The notes: generated from the sequence alone by a model not told the origin. DNA of 64,000 nt from Promethearchaeota archaeon (GCA_016840085.1 JAEOTA010000018.1:140888-204887); one strand, 5' to 3'; counted from the stretch's first letter, positions 20,673 through 30,849 are shown. Program-made: numbers and translations.

Positions 20673-21596
20673 TTATTCTAATTCTATATCATCTTTTAAG
20701 CAATTAAAAATCTTTCGTGCTTCGGCACCTTGAGCTATTTCCCTACCAGAAATTTCAGTTACTCTTTTAGCCCACGCAACTTGTTCCCAGCTACCCTTAG
20801 CTAATTCTCCATTTGGCATTCTGATATTATCTTCTAAACCTACTCTAATATGCCCACTCCAAGCAGCAGCACACATCCCCGCTTGAAATTGTTGTTTAGC
20901 AACACCGCATACGCTCCATGTAGCTCTAGGTGGTTTTAGATTAAGTAAAGTCTCAAGATTTCCTGGAGAAAATGGAATCCCCCCAAGGACTCCAAAAACA
21001 AATTGAAAGTGTAAGGGTTGTTCAAATATACCTTCTTGTTTATTAAGGAAAAGCATGTTATACATTCCACCAAAATCATATATTTCCATTTCTGGTTTAG
21101 TACGAGATTTTCTCATATACTTAGCAAAAGTTTGAATAGTTGAAAATGTATTTGAAAAGATATTGCCTGCTCCCATAGTTACTTTTCCCGTTTTAAAATC
21201 ACCAATCGAAAAATTCATTGAGTTAGTATTTAAAGAGGCGAGTGGGGGTTTATACTTTCTAACAGGCATTATCCTTTCTCTATCACTTGCTACTGCACTG
21301 ATAGCGGTACTTAAGTTTATAATAACATCTGGCGCTTTTTCTTTTATGTTTTCAACTGTAGCTTTAATAATATCCAAATTAGGAGTTGCAATACCTCCTT
21401 TAGAGGCATCTCTGGCATGAATATGAACTACAGCAGCTCCAGCATCATAACATTTTTTTGCTTCATCTCCAAACTCTTCTGGTGTATAAGGTACAGCGGG
21501 ATTTTGTTCTTTTCTCGTAGCTGCCCCTGCTAACGCGGCTGAAATTACTAATTTATTTTCTGGATTATTTTCATATATTTCTGCCATTTTTAACAC
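20673..21596 (-). CDS. Beta-keto acid cleavage enzyme (BKACE/Kce, DUF849), paralog 2
   Basis: Same motifs as 19349-20224 with a near-identical N terminus; likely ATG at 21587. Confidence 0.92.
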   Translation of the reverse strand: MLKMAEIYENNPENKLVISAALAGAATRKEQNPAVPYTPEEFGDEAKKCYDAGAAVVHIHARDASKGGIATPNLDIIKATVENIKEKAPDVIINLSTAISAVASDRERIMPVRKYKPPLASLNTNSMNFSIGDFKTGKVTMGAGNIFSNTFSTIQTFAKYMRKSRTKPEMEIYDFGGMYNMLFLNKQEGIFEQPLHFQFVFGVLGGIPFSPGNLETLLNLKPPRATWSVCGVAKQQFQAGMCAAAWSGHIRVGLEDNIRMPNGELAKGSWEQVAWAKRVTEISGREIAQGAEARKIFNCLKDDIELE

Positions 21597-21896
21597 TTTT
21601 TGTTTACTTTTTTTGGATTTAAATAAATTATTAATTATTAATTCTTGAATAAAATATTAATTTCCTAAATATTTAAAGTTTAAAACTTAAATAATTAATG
21701 ATTAAAACTTTTAAAATTAAGTAGAAGATTCTTAATCAACTATTTTCTTATACGAGTTATTCTTTTTCACAATATCGCAAAAATATTTTAATTTTCTTTA
21801 AATTCCTTAAAAATTCTCTTTAAAAAGTTTTTTTTAATACAAATCATAAGATTAATCATAATAAAATTATAAATAAAAAATATAGAATGAAAAATT

Positions 21897-22358
21897 ATGA
21901 CCAATAAAGTGATTGTGGCTAATAAGGGTTTAATTCGGGCGGAATTTAATTTCTGGGTTGGTCAATATATGGATAAATTCTATGATGGTCTTGAAAATAA
22001 AAAAATAATTGGAAATGAATGCCCCGAATGTGGAGACATTTTCGTTCCGCCAAGGAAAATATGTGGAAAATGTAATTTTTTAATTCCTTTGGATCAGAAC
22101 TGGGTAGATTTGCCAGATACAGGAACTCTAAAAAATTATACAATAACACATTATAAAGTTAATGATAGATCGAGTCGTAAAGTAAAGAAACCTCAAATTA
22201 TAGGAATGGTGCAGATTGATGGGAGTAATACAGCAATAATTTATAGACTTTTAGGTCTAGAGTCAGAGGAAGTCAAGATAGGAATGAAATTAAAAGTTCA
22301 ATGGGAGGAAAAAACAAAGGGAGACCCTTCAGATATTAAGGGTTTCATGAAAGCATGA
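21897..22358 (+). CDS. DUF35 Zn-ribbon/OB-fold protein
   Basis: CPECG..FVPPR..CGKC followed by an OB fold. Confidence 0.9.
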   Translation: MTNKVIVANKGLIRAEFNFWVGQYMDKFYDGLENKKIIGNECPECGDIFVPPRKICGKCNFLIPLDQNWVDLPDTGTLKNYTITHYKVNDRSSRKVKKPQIIGMVQIDGSNTAIIYRLLGLESEEVKIGMKLKVQWEEKTKGDPSDIKGFMKA

Positions 22359-22373
22359 GGGGTGATAACATAA

Positions 22374-23516
22374 ATGCAAAGAGTTGGAATTGTAGGATTT
22401 AATCAAGTAAAATTATATTCAGATGCTAATTATGGTAGGTATGAGATGATCTTTGAGGCTGTGCGAGGAGTTTTAGACAGCGCAGGTCTGAAAAAGAAAG
22501 ATATATCAACTGTGGTCTCGGCTACTAATGACTATTATGATGGTCGAACAATTTCAAATGCGCTAACTGTAGAGCCTGGAGGGGGATACTTAACAGATGA
22601 GTCTAAGGTTGAAATGGATGGTGCTCATGCTGTATTATACGGATTAATGCGGATTTTATCTGGTAATCATAAATTAGCAGTTGTGTGGGGTGGGAGTATG
22701 GCATCATGTTTTCCATACCATTCTGCTCGATTATATGAGACAGATCCCACATGGGAGCGTCCACTTGCATATGTAAATGATATAACCTCTGCTGGATTTC
22801 AGATGAGAGCTTATATGGAAAAGTTTGGAGTAAGTGCTGAAGATATTGCTAAAATCGCTGTTAAAAATAGAAAAAACGCTGAAAAAAACCCTTTAGCTTT
22901 AGCAGAAGCTCAAAATCCAAACTTAACAGTTAAAGACGTTTTAGATTCTGAGATTTATGCAAATCCAGTAACAGAATTAATGGTAGCTCAACCCTGTGAT
23001 GGTATAGCTGCTTTATTATTAGCACCAGAAAAGCAAGCACTAAAGATCACAGATAATCCAGTCTGGATTACAGGTGTGGGTTATAGTCAAGAAACATATT
23101 ATCTTGGAGATAGAGACTTATCCATTAGTAAATCCATGGAATTGGCAAGTAACATGGCATTTAATACTGCTGGAGTTAAAGATCCTATAAATGAAATTGA
23201 TGTAGCTGAATTATTTGAAGCTTATGCTCATGAAGAATTAATTTTTAGCGAAGCTTTAGGATTTGCTGAAAGAGGTAAAGGAACAAGTCTAAACTCTGAA
23301 ATTGGTGGTGATCTACCGATCAATCCTTCTGGAGGTGCTCTTGGGGGGAATCCCCCTTGTGCAACGGGTTTGATAAGAATTATTGAAGCTGTTAAACAAC
23401 TAAGAGGAGAGGCAAATGGTTATCAAGTTAAGAGTGCTAAAAAAGCCATTGCTTCGGGCCAGATAGGAATGTGTGCCCAAAATAACATATTATATGTATT
23501 AGAAGGAGGTAATTAA
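22374..23516 (+). CDS. Thiolase-fold protein, Ltp4-like
   Basis: ESKVEMDGA in place of the Cys motif; NPSGGALGGNP..ATG. Confidence 0.85.
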   Translation: MQRVGIVGFNQVKLYSDANYGRYEMIFEAVRGVLDSAGLKKKDISTVVSATNDYYDGRTISNALTVEPGGGYLTDESKVEMDGAHAVLYGLMRILSGNHKLAVVWGGSMASCFPYHSARLYETDPTWERPLAYVNDITSAGFQMRAYMEKFGVSAEDIAKIAVKNRKNAEKNPLALAEAQNPNLTVKDVLDSEIYANPVTELMVAQPCDGIAALLLAPEKQALKITDNPVWITGVGYSQETYYLGDRDLSISKSMELASNMAFNTAGVKDPINEIDVAELFEAYAHEELIFSEALGFAERGKGTSLNSEIGGDLPINPSGGALGGNPPCATGLIRIIEAVKQLRGEANGYQVKSAKKAIASGQIGMCAQNNILYVLEGGN

Positions 23517-23518
23517 AA

Positions 23519-24766
23519 ATGGGAAGACAAGTATGTGTTGCAAGTGCAGGTTTTAGTGAGCATGCTTCGAAGCGTTCAGATGTAAGCATGCCGGAATTAG
23601 TAAATGAGGCAATAGAAGATTGCTTAAAAAAAATTCCAAGTATTGATCTTAAAGATATTGATGCTTTTGTAAATGGAAATATGCCTGCGTTTGAAGGTTC
23701 AAATATTCCTGAACTATGGATGACAGATTGGATGGGTGCCAGAAATAAACCTTTATTGAGAGTCACTACAGGAGGTACTACAGGTGGTTCAGTAGCTATT
23801 GCAGGATATTATTCTGTCGCTGCTGGATTACCGGGTGTAGATACTGTATTAGCTATCGCTTTTGAGCAACAATCTCAAGGTGATACAAGTGTTGGACTTG
23901 CTAGCGTAGCTTATGGAGAAATATCTGTTATGAACTCATTAGGTATTCCTTATGATCAATTAACACTTCTTTTATCTGGTGGTGCTGCTATAGGAATTGC
24001 TTCGTATCAAGCTACTAATTATATGCGTAAAAGTAAAATTACAGAAGAAGATTTAGCTAGAGTTGTTGTTCAGAATAGACATAATGCAGCAAAAACATGG
24101 TGGGCTCATCTTAAAATGCCTGATCTTACAATTGAGGAAGTTTTAGATACACCCTACATTTCATATCCTTTAAGGTATGGAATGGTCTGCCCAGCATCTG
24201 ATGGAGCATGCGCAATGCTATTTACAACCGAGGAAAAAGCAAAAAATATGTGTGATATTCCCGTATATGTAAATGGGGTAGGTAGTATAGCAACTGAAAC
24301 TGCTCTTATTGGATTTGATGGGAGTGGATCAGGACAACTAGATCTTTCTGAACAATTAGGTGCCCAAAAAACTTCTGAATTAGCCTTTAAACAAGCAGGC
24401 ATTTCATTTCCAAGGAAAGAAGTTGACTATGCAGAAGTTTATTCTCCTTTTCCTAATCAAGAACTTATGTGGGTTGAGAAATTGGGTCTATTTGAAGAAA
24501 ATACTGCTCCAAAAATGTATGAAACAGGAGTAACTGCTTTAAATGGTGAATTACCTATAAATTGTTCAGGAGGGGTTAATTCTACGAATGCAATTGGAGC
24601 ATCAGCATTGGAAAGACCTGCTGTAGCAGCTTTACAAATCATGGGAAAAGCTAGTAATCAAGTTCCAAAAACAGTACACACGTCATTGGGGCATGGATGG
24701 GGGGGATATGTTAATTTAGTTACAATGATGGCTATGGCTGATGAACCAGCTAGAAAATTTAAATAA
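23519..24766 (+). CDS. Thiolase-fold protein, Ltp3-like
   Basis: KPLLRVTTGGTTGGS, CP.SDGACA, AEVYSPF and SGGV.STNAIGAS motifs. Confidence 0.85.
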   Translation: MGRQVCVASAGFSEHASKRSDVSMPELVNEAIEDCLKKIPSIDLKDIDAFVNGNMPAFEGSNIPELWMTDWMGARNKPLLRVTTGGTTGGSVAIAGYYSVAAGLPGVDTVLAIAFEQQSQGDTSVGLASVAYGEISVMNSLGIPYDQLTLLLSGGAAIGIASYQATNYMRKSKITEEDLARVVVQNRHNAAKTWWAHLKMPDLTIEEVLDTPYISYPLRYGMVCPASDGACAMLFTTEEKAKNMCDIPVYVNGVGSIATETALIGFDGSGSGQLDLSEQLGAQKTSELAFKQAGISFPRKEVDYAEVYSPFPNQELMWVEKLGLFEENTAPKMYETGVTALNGELPINCSGGVNSTNAIGASALERPAVAALQIMGKASNQVPKTVHTSLGHGWGGYVNLVTMMAMADEPARKFK

Positions 24767-24785
24767 AAAATTGAGGTAATATAAA

Positions 24786-25316
24786 TTGTCTAAAAGAACG
24801 TTAAGAAAATCAATGGATTATATTAAAGAAGAATATGTAAGAACAAGGACTATGCCAGCAAGTTGGTATTTATCCAGTTATCAATTTAAATTTAATATTA
24901 CTCATATGAAACCATTTCTTGATAAATTAAAGCAGAAAAAGCTAATTGGTTTACAATGTTCAAGTTGTAATAGAATTTATTTCCCTCCACGCCAAATTTG
25001 CGGTAAATGCCTCGTTAAACCTGATAGGTGGGTTGATTTGCGTGAAACTGGGAGGGTAGCCTCGTACACCGTAACTTATTTAAAAGATCCCGAAACTGAT
25101 GAAGTTTTAGAACGACCTATTGTTTGTGCGCAATTAGATGGGGCAGATACTTCATACCCAGCACAGTTAGATCCTGATGTTGAATTTAAGGATACTTATA
25201 TAGGAATGCCAATAAAAGTTCACTGGGCTGAAAATATTAAGGGTGGAATGATGGATATTGAATATTACGATCCAATTGAAGATGATGCTAAAGATTTAGG
25301 TTTACGTAAAGAGTAA
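24786..25316 (+). CDS. DUF35 Zn-ribbon/OB-fold protein
   Basis: CSSC..YFPPR..CGKC and LDGADT; TTG start after GAGGT. Confidence 0.9.
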   Translation: MSKRTLRKSMDYIKEEYVRTRTMPASWYLSSYQFKFNITHMKPFLDKLKQKKLIGLQCSSCNRIYFPPRQICGKCLVKPDRWVDLRETGRVASYTVTYLKDPETDEVLERPIVCAQLDGADTSYPAQLDPDVEFKDTYIGMPIKVHWAENIKGGMMDIEYYDPIEDDAKDLGLRKE

Positions 25317-25335
25317 AAATTAATTTTCTACAAAC

Positions 25336-25346
25336 TTTTTTTTTTT
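25336..25346 (+). terminator. Oligo-T archaeal terminator
   Basis: T11 run about 20 nt after the operon's last stop codon. Confidence 0.55.
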
Positions 25347-25373
25347 AATAAATAGCACTTCAATTTAAAATTA

Positions 25374-26432
25374 TTATATAAATTTAGTCAAAACTTTTCC
25401 TATTTTCTCACTAGCAAATTCGATATCGTTCTCATTTAGTCCGTAATGAGTCACAAATCTGATTTTATCTTTACTTATACTAAAAGCTAAAACTCCTTCT
25501 TTTCCAAATTCAGTTATTATTTTTGATATTTCTATTTTTTTCATAAGTTCAACAATAACAATATTGGTATCAGGTGTATGAATTTTAACCGGTAAATTAT
25601 AAGTCTTAATACATTCAGCAAGTAATTTAGCATTTTTATGATCTTCTTCAAGCCGTTGTATCCACTTCGGTTCAAGTGCGATTAATCCAAAAACGGCTAT
25701 TATTCCTGCTTGTCGCATACCACCTCCTAACATTTTTCGATATCTTCTAGCTTTTGAAATAAAATCTTTTGAACCTGCTACAATTGACCCTACAGGGCAT
25801 GATAATCCTTTAGATAAACAAAACATAACACTATCCACATGTTTAGTAAATTCTGTGACTGGAACATTTAAACCTATTGCAGCGTTGAATATTCTTGCTC
25901 CATCCATATGAAATTTCAATTTATTTATATCAGCAAAATTTTTCATTTTTTGTAAATCTTCGGGGTTTATTATAACTCCACCATGATAATTATGCGTATT
26001 TTCTTGACTTATCAGAGTTGTGGGTGGTTGATGAATATCTTCTCGATTACGAATCATATCCTGAAGATTATCTAAATTGGGAACACCTTTATCAGAAGAG
26101 AACGTACATATCATTAATCCGCCTAATCTAGCAGTACTCCCAACTTCATGTCCATAAATATGACTTCGTTTCTCAATCATTATTTCATCTCCAGGATTAG
26201 TTTGAGACAGCAAGGAAATAAGGTTGCCTTGTGTTCCTGAAGTAACTAATAATGCTGCTTCTTTACCAACAACTTTAGCTGCTTTTTCTTCCAAGTCATT
26301 AACAGTTGGATCTTCTCCTTCAACATCATCGCCCAATTTGGAATTACCTAATGATCTTAATGCTTCCCACATTTCTGGTGATGGTTTTGTTACAGTATCA
26401 GAACGTAAATCAACAATCCTCAATTTAATCAA
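25374..26432 (-). CDS. ltaE: Low-specificity L-threonine aldolase
   Basis: DLRSDTVT, SGTQGN, ENTHN, HMDGARIFNA and CLSKGL (PLP lysine) motifs. Confidence 0.93.
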   Translation of the reverse strand: MIKLRIVDLRSDTVTKPSPEMWEALRSLGNSKLGDDVEGEDPTVNDLEEKAAKVVGKEAALLVTSGTQGNLISLLSQTNPGDEIMIEKRSHIYGHEVGSTARLGGLMICTFSSDKGVPNLDNLQDMIRNREDIHQPPTTLISQENTHNYHGGVIINPEDLQKMKNFADINKLKFHMDGARIFNAAIGLNVPVTEFTKHVDSVMFCLSKGLSCPVGSIVAGSKDFISKARRYRKMLGGGMRQAGIIAVFGLIALEPKWIQRLEEDHKNAKLLAECIKTYNLPVKIHTPDTNIVIVELMKKIEISKIITEFGKEGVLAFSISKDKIRFVTHYGLNENDIEFASEKIGKVLTKFI

Positions 26433-26526
26433 GATTTATTCAATAATTTATTAAATCTGTATAATGCTTCATAGCACTAAAATTGTATGATAAAAACAAA
26501 AAGCACTAGATGGTTATTTTCTAGAG

Positions 26527-27366
26527 TTAAAACTTATGATAAACTTCGCTTATCTGTTTTCCTATTATTTCAATATCATTTATATTTGCCGTACCAAGTT
26601 GTTTTTCTTCTCCATATTTTAAATATTTCACTTTATCCGGACCAAATCCCATAATTGCACTCCCAACTCTATCAACAGCTACAGGATCTTCTCCAGCAAT
26701 GATCAGATCCATTTGAATAGGTTTTCCTCCTAGTTCCCAACCATTTGACCCAACAATCCCATCAATGATTTGGAATTTCATTTTAGATCGCAACACTGAA
26801 ACTAAATCAGCTATCTTTTTATGAAGGTTTGAATGCATTATACTTTTAGGTGAAATAGTTCCCATCATATTTTTCATGCTTAACGTAGTTCTGGCCATGT
26901 TATGTGTTTTTAAAGAAGGAACTGAAATAATAAAACTCGCGTCCATGGCTGTTTTTGCTATGTTAACAGTTTTCAGTGCTAAGGGATTAAGTATTTCAAT
27001 ATTATTTATAATCTCATCATTATTTAAATTCATAATCTTAATTCCATATTCCTCTAACCGAAAGATCTCATTTAACCTAAAAAATTTTTCTGATGTTCCA
27101 AAGGAACCACCATCAGCAACGATTATTTTTTTTGGATTGATTTTCGCCTCTTGAATGAGATACATAACGATTCCTTCCAAAGTATCTGTTGAGGTTACAT
27201 TTCCAGTACTAAAATGATCCGAGGTTACCCAATTAGGATTTACTAAGACTTTTTTTTCTACTCTTGTTATAAAGTTCTTTAAAGGAATCATTTTAAGAGT
27301 TCTTAAAACAACATCTTGAGTAGTTTCATGCGATTTTCTTTTGATTGTATAGACTTTTGTTTTCAT
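26527..27366 (-). CDS. DUF362 domain protein
   Basis: PN, LKTH, TLSMKNMMG and D.VAVD motifs; start moved to ATG 27366 because the ORF-track extension runs through a poly-T tract. Confidence 0.85.
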   Translation of the reverse strand: MKTKVYTIKRKSHETTQDVVLRTLKMIPLKNFITRVEKKVLVNPNWVTSDHFSTGNVTSTDTLEGIVMYLIQEAKINPKKIIVADGGSFGTSEKFFRLNEIFRLEEYGIKIMNLNNDEIINNIEILNPLALKTVNIAKTAMDASFIISVPSLKTHNMARTTLSMKNMMGTISPKSIMHSNLHKKIADLVSVLRSKMKFQIIDGIVGSNGWELGGKPIQMDLIIAGEDPVAVDRVGSAIMGFGPDKVKYLKYGEEKQLGTANINDIEIIGKQISEVYHKF

Positions 27367-27483
27367 CTTTACTATAATTCTCTCGAATAAAAGGAATAAG
27401 CTTTTAAACAATAAATAGTAAAAAAAAAAAAAAAATTTTTGTTTAAACATTCATTATTTCAATATTTCAAATTCTTGTTTTTA

Positions 27484-28263
27484 CTATAAACCTGGAATAG
27501 CGGTCCGTTTGTGGACAGAATCTAACAACTTGGAAATAATTGTGATTAGAACTAGAAATATGAGAGCAACAAGGCTGTACGTAGCAAGTGTGAGAAATAC
27601 CTCTGAAATAATATGATGTGCTTTAGCAAAAAGTTCCGTTACTCCAATATAAAAGACAACAACAGTGTATTTCGGAAGATAAGCAGCTTCATTAGACCAT
27701 GCAGGAATAACACGGCGTAGAGCCTGTGGTAAGATAACATGAAAAATACCCGCTCGACGAGACATACCAAGCGATTGGGCTGCTTCTAACTGTCCGGTGC
27801 CAACAGATGTAATGGCTCCACGAAAATATTCAGCTTGATAAGCTGCACTATTAAGACCTAACGTGAGAATACCAATTAGAGTTGGGTGATCTAGGAGGAC
27901 AATCGTTATATCCCTGTCAAAGATTTGAGTGCTGACGTAGAAACGCCACCTTACAATGGGGATATAGGGAAGTCCCTCCGCTTCTAGGATAGCAATTATA
28001 CTATAGGGGAGAAAGTAGAAGAGGAACAATTGTGCAAGCAAAGGTGTGCCACGCATAAGTTCGATATATCCTGTAGCAATCCGTGAAAAAATCTTTCCTC
28101 CGTATTGGCGGAGACCAGCGAGCAAGAGGCCAAGGAAAAAACCTATTATAAGAGCCCACATATATAACCACATAGTCTTTGTTAAGCCTTCGAGGATGTG
28201 ATCCCAGAACTCTAATACGCGAAGAAATTCCTCTATCTGTTCAGGAAGAGCTTGAAATATCAT
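27484..28263 (-). CDS. Polar amino-acid ABC transporter permease
   Basis: RGTPLLAQL, AAYQAEYFRG, GQLEAA.SLG and ILPQA motifs. Confidence 0.93.
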   Translation of the reverse strand: MIFQALPEQIEEFLRVLEFWDHILEGLTKTMWLYMWALIIGFFLGLLLAGLRQYGGKIFSRIATGYIELMRGTPLLAQLFLFYFLPYSIIAILEAEGLPYIPIVRWRFYVSTQIFDRDITIVLLDHPTLIGILTLGLNSAAYQAEYFRGAITSVGTGQLEAAQSLGMSRRAGIFHVILPQALRRVIPAWSNEAAYLPKYTVVVFYIGVTELFAKAHHIISEVFLTLATYSLVALIFLVLITIISKLLDSVHKRTAIPGL

Positions 28264-29051
28264 TTAGTTCCCTCCTCGTCCGGCAACTTTAAAAGTTCTT
28301 CATGACGTCCATATAAAATATCGATCTGTTCTATGAAGTTCTTTACTCGATCTGATTTGGGAGATGTTAAGATATTTTTAGGAGATCCTTGTTCTATAAT
28401 AACTCCTCCATCGAGAAAGATCATTTCTGATGCAACTGCACTAGCAAATCCCATTTCATGAGTAACTACTACCATTGTTGTGCCCGCTTTAGCAATTTCC
28501 AGCATCACTTGAAGCACTTCTCCAATTAGTTCAGGATCCAAGGCAGAGGTCGGCTCATCAAATAATAATACATCAGGCTCCATAGCCAAGGCACGTGCAA
28601 TACCCACTCTTTGTTGTTGGCCACCTGACAGTTCTGCAGGATAATGATCAGCCCATTCCACCATTTTAACACGCTTTAAAGTCTCTAATGCCTTTGATTG
28701 AGCTTCCTCCTTTTCCAATCCCTTCACTCGGCGCAGTCCGAGACTAACGTTATCAATCGCTTTGAGATGAGCAAATAAGTTAAAATGTTGGAATACCATC
28801 CCGATCTTCGATCGTATTATATTGAGATCGACTCCAGGTGCCATCAAATTCTGTCCAGAAAGAAACACCTTACCTTTATCAGGGGGACTCAACATATTGA
28901 TGCAGCGAAGTAGTGTACTTTTACCACCGCCACTCGGTCCAAAAATGACTTTAACCTCTCGTTCCGCTAACTCGAATGATACTCCCTTAAGGACTTGCAA
29001 ATCCTCATATGATTTCCACACATTAATTATACGCAGTACAGGTTCAACTAT
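28260..29051 (-). CDS. Polar amino-acid ABC transporter ATP-binding protein (GlnQ-like)
   Basis: GPSGGGKST, LSGGQQQR and FDEPTSALDPE motifs; the frame extends upstream of GTG 29021 to ATA 29051 (xVEPVLRIINVWKSY). Confidence 0.9.
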   Translation of the reverse strand: MVEPVLRIINVWKSYEDLQVLKGVSFELAEREVKVIFGPSGGGKSTLLRCINMLSPPDKGKVFLSGQNLMAPGVDLNIIRSKIGMVFQHFNLFAHLKAIDNVSLGLRRVKGLEKEEAQSKALETLKRVKMVEWADHYPAELSGGQQQRVGIARALAMEPDVLLFDEPTSALDPELIGEVLQVMLEIAKAGTTMVVVTHEMGFASAVASEMIFLDGGVIIEQGSPKNILTSPKSDRVKNFIEQIDILYGRHEELLKLPDEEGTK

Positions 29052-29053
29052 AT

Positions 29054-29740
29054 CTAACCACCCCCCATTCCTAACTTTCCAAGTTTCTTGGTTTGTCGTT
29101 CACCAAAGATTCTAGTTACTGGATATGTAAACAAAAAGTATAGAATTGCGACCACTCCCATTGTAAGGGCCCAAAGTTGAGGGAAGTTTCCAGAGATATC
29201 TAAACCTGCTTTCGTCATCTCAACAATTCCAACCGCATATGCGAAAGATGAATCTTTGATGACTACCGCATACTCATTAGACCAACTAGGAACAGATAGT
29301 CGTAATGCTTGAGGAAAAACAACATGTCGGAAAGCTTGGAATCGGTTCATCCCCAGCGCACGAGCAGCCTCCATCTGCCCTGGATTCACTGATAAAATAG
29401 CCCCACGAAAAATTTGAGACTGGTAGGCCCCACTACGAAGACCAAGTGCTAAGAATACACCAGCAAGAGGTCTAATTCCGCGTTCCATATACCAAAACAA
29501 ACCCGGTATTCCGAATGCAAATATGAAGATCAGGACTAGGACTGGGATACCGCGGAATAGCTTTTCATAACCACTCGCTAACCAACCGAGTTCCTTACCG
29601 CCATAAACTCGCATAAGTGCTAGCGATAGACCTAAAGCAAATCCCAATAATAAGCCTACGGCGGTAAGTATTAATGTTGCGGGTAAACCAGTTGTAAGAA
29701 TATAAAAAAAAATTGTGGGGAAATCGGGATTATCACTCAT
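29054..29740 (-). CDS. Polar amino-acid ABC transporter permease
   Basis: RGIPVLV, GQMEAARALG, FPQALR and IKDSS motifs. Confidence 0.93.
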   Translation of the reverse strand: MSDNPDFPTIFFYILTTGLPATLILTAVGLLLGFALGLSLALMRVYGGKELGWLASGYEKLFRGIPVLVLIFIFAFGIPGLFWYMERGIRPLAGVFLALGLRSGAYQSQIFRGAILSVNPGQMEAARALGMNRFQAFRHVVFPQALRLSVPSWSNEYAVVIKDSSFAYAVGIVEMTKAGLDISGNFPQLWALTMGVVAILYFLFTYPVTRIFGERQTKKLGKLGMGGG

Positions 29741-30549
29741 TCAAACCACTTTGCGAGTAATTCATCCATCGTTCCATCGGCATAGGCTTCAAGGATGACT
29801 TTGTTGATCACTTCTAGCAATTCTGGTTCTTCCCAACGGCACCATAGCGCTGTAGGTTCAGCTGGTACTGTGAATACAGTCTTAAGGTTATGTATTTTGG
29901 AATAGACAGTAAAAACAGGCTCATCTACAAAGGCAGCATCGATAGCTCCACCCAATAGATCCTGAATTAGCGTGTCAGCTTTAGGGTATACTTTAAATTC
30001 CGTATCCTCAGTTAAACCAAGACCGCCATCTGCCACTGGATCACTTAACGTATAATATTGTGTTGTACCTGCTTGGCAGCCAACAAAATAATCTGCAAGA
30101 TCCTCTACTTCAGTAATAGTAATGGTAGACGCTTCCTTGACCATGACCACTTCGTTTACACGAATGTAAGGAACAGAATGTGCGAGTTCTTTTGAGCGAT
30201 CTGTTGTGACCATCATTGCGGCAGCTATCATGTCAATTGTACCTGATTGACAAGCACCAATCAGTTCAGCAAACGCTATGTTTGTCATCGTAAGCTCAAC
30301 ACCAAGTTCATCTGCAATCATTTGTGATAATTCAACATCGAAACCACTCCACTTCTCTGTAGTTGTGTTATATAGTTCAAAGGGTGGCCAAGGTGCATCA
30401 GTTCCAACAATTAGTTCATCAGCATCTTGAATCTTCTCGACTGCCGTTTTACCTGGCGTTGGGGCAAATAATCCAGGTATAAACCATCCAACAACAAACC
30501 CTACTGCTAAGCAAGCTATCATCCCAATTATTGCCATTTCTCTTTTCAT
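29737..30549 (-). CDS. Polar amino-acid ABC transporter substrate-binding protein
   Basis: N-terminal TM anchor; VGTDAPWPPFE, GFDVEL and Q.GTT motifs. Confidence 0.92.
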   Translation of the reverse strand: MKREMAIIGMIACLAVGFVVGWFIPGLFAPTPGKTAVEKIQDADELIVGTDAPWPPFELYNTTTEKWSGFDVELSQMIADELGVELTMTNIAFAELIGACQSGTIDMIAAAMMVTTDRSKELAHSVPYIRVNEVVMVKEASTITITEVEDLADYFVGCQAGTTQYYTLSDPVADGGLGLTEDTEFKVYPKADTLIQDLLGGAIDAAFVDEPVFTVYSKIHNLKTVFTVPAEPTALWCRWEEPELLEVINKVILEAYADGTMDELLAKWFE

Positions 30550-30849
30550 AAACTAATAACCTCTTTATTTTATTTTTAATAAATTCTATATTCCATTTTT
30601 AGTTTGATTTCTGATGTGGATATATTTCATAAGTTAATATATAAAGCTTTCTATTCTTGAGTTGAAGATATGATTTATCATTATTACTCAGAAAGATATA
30701 TATACCTATTTCTACTTATGAGATAAGCTTTATTCGTGCATATGAATTTTATACAGTTATTTTATTTAATATTCTCGCAAAAAACTCTCTGAAAGATAAT
30801 TATTTCATATAAAATGTTTCAATATTATTTGTTTTTCATCACTAACGTT

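Noticed and set aside
27367-27450. N-terminal extension of the DUF362 ORF
   Set aside because: It runs through a long T tract (probable terminator of the ABC operon); ATG 27366 is preferred.
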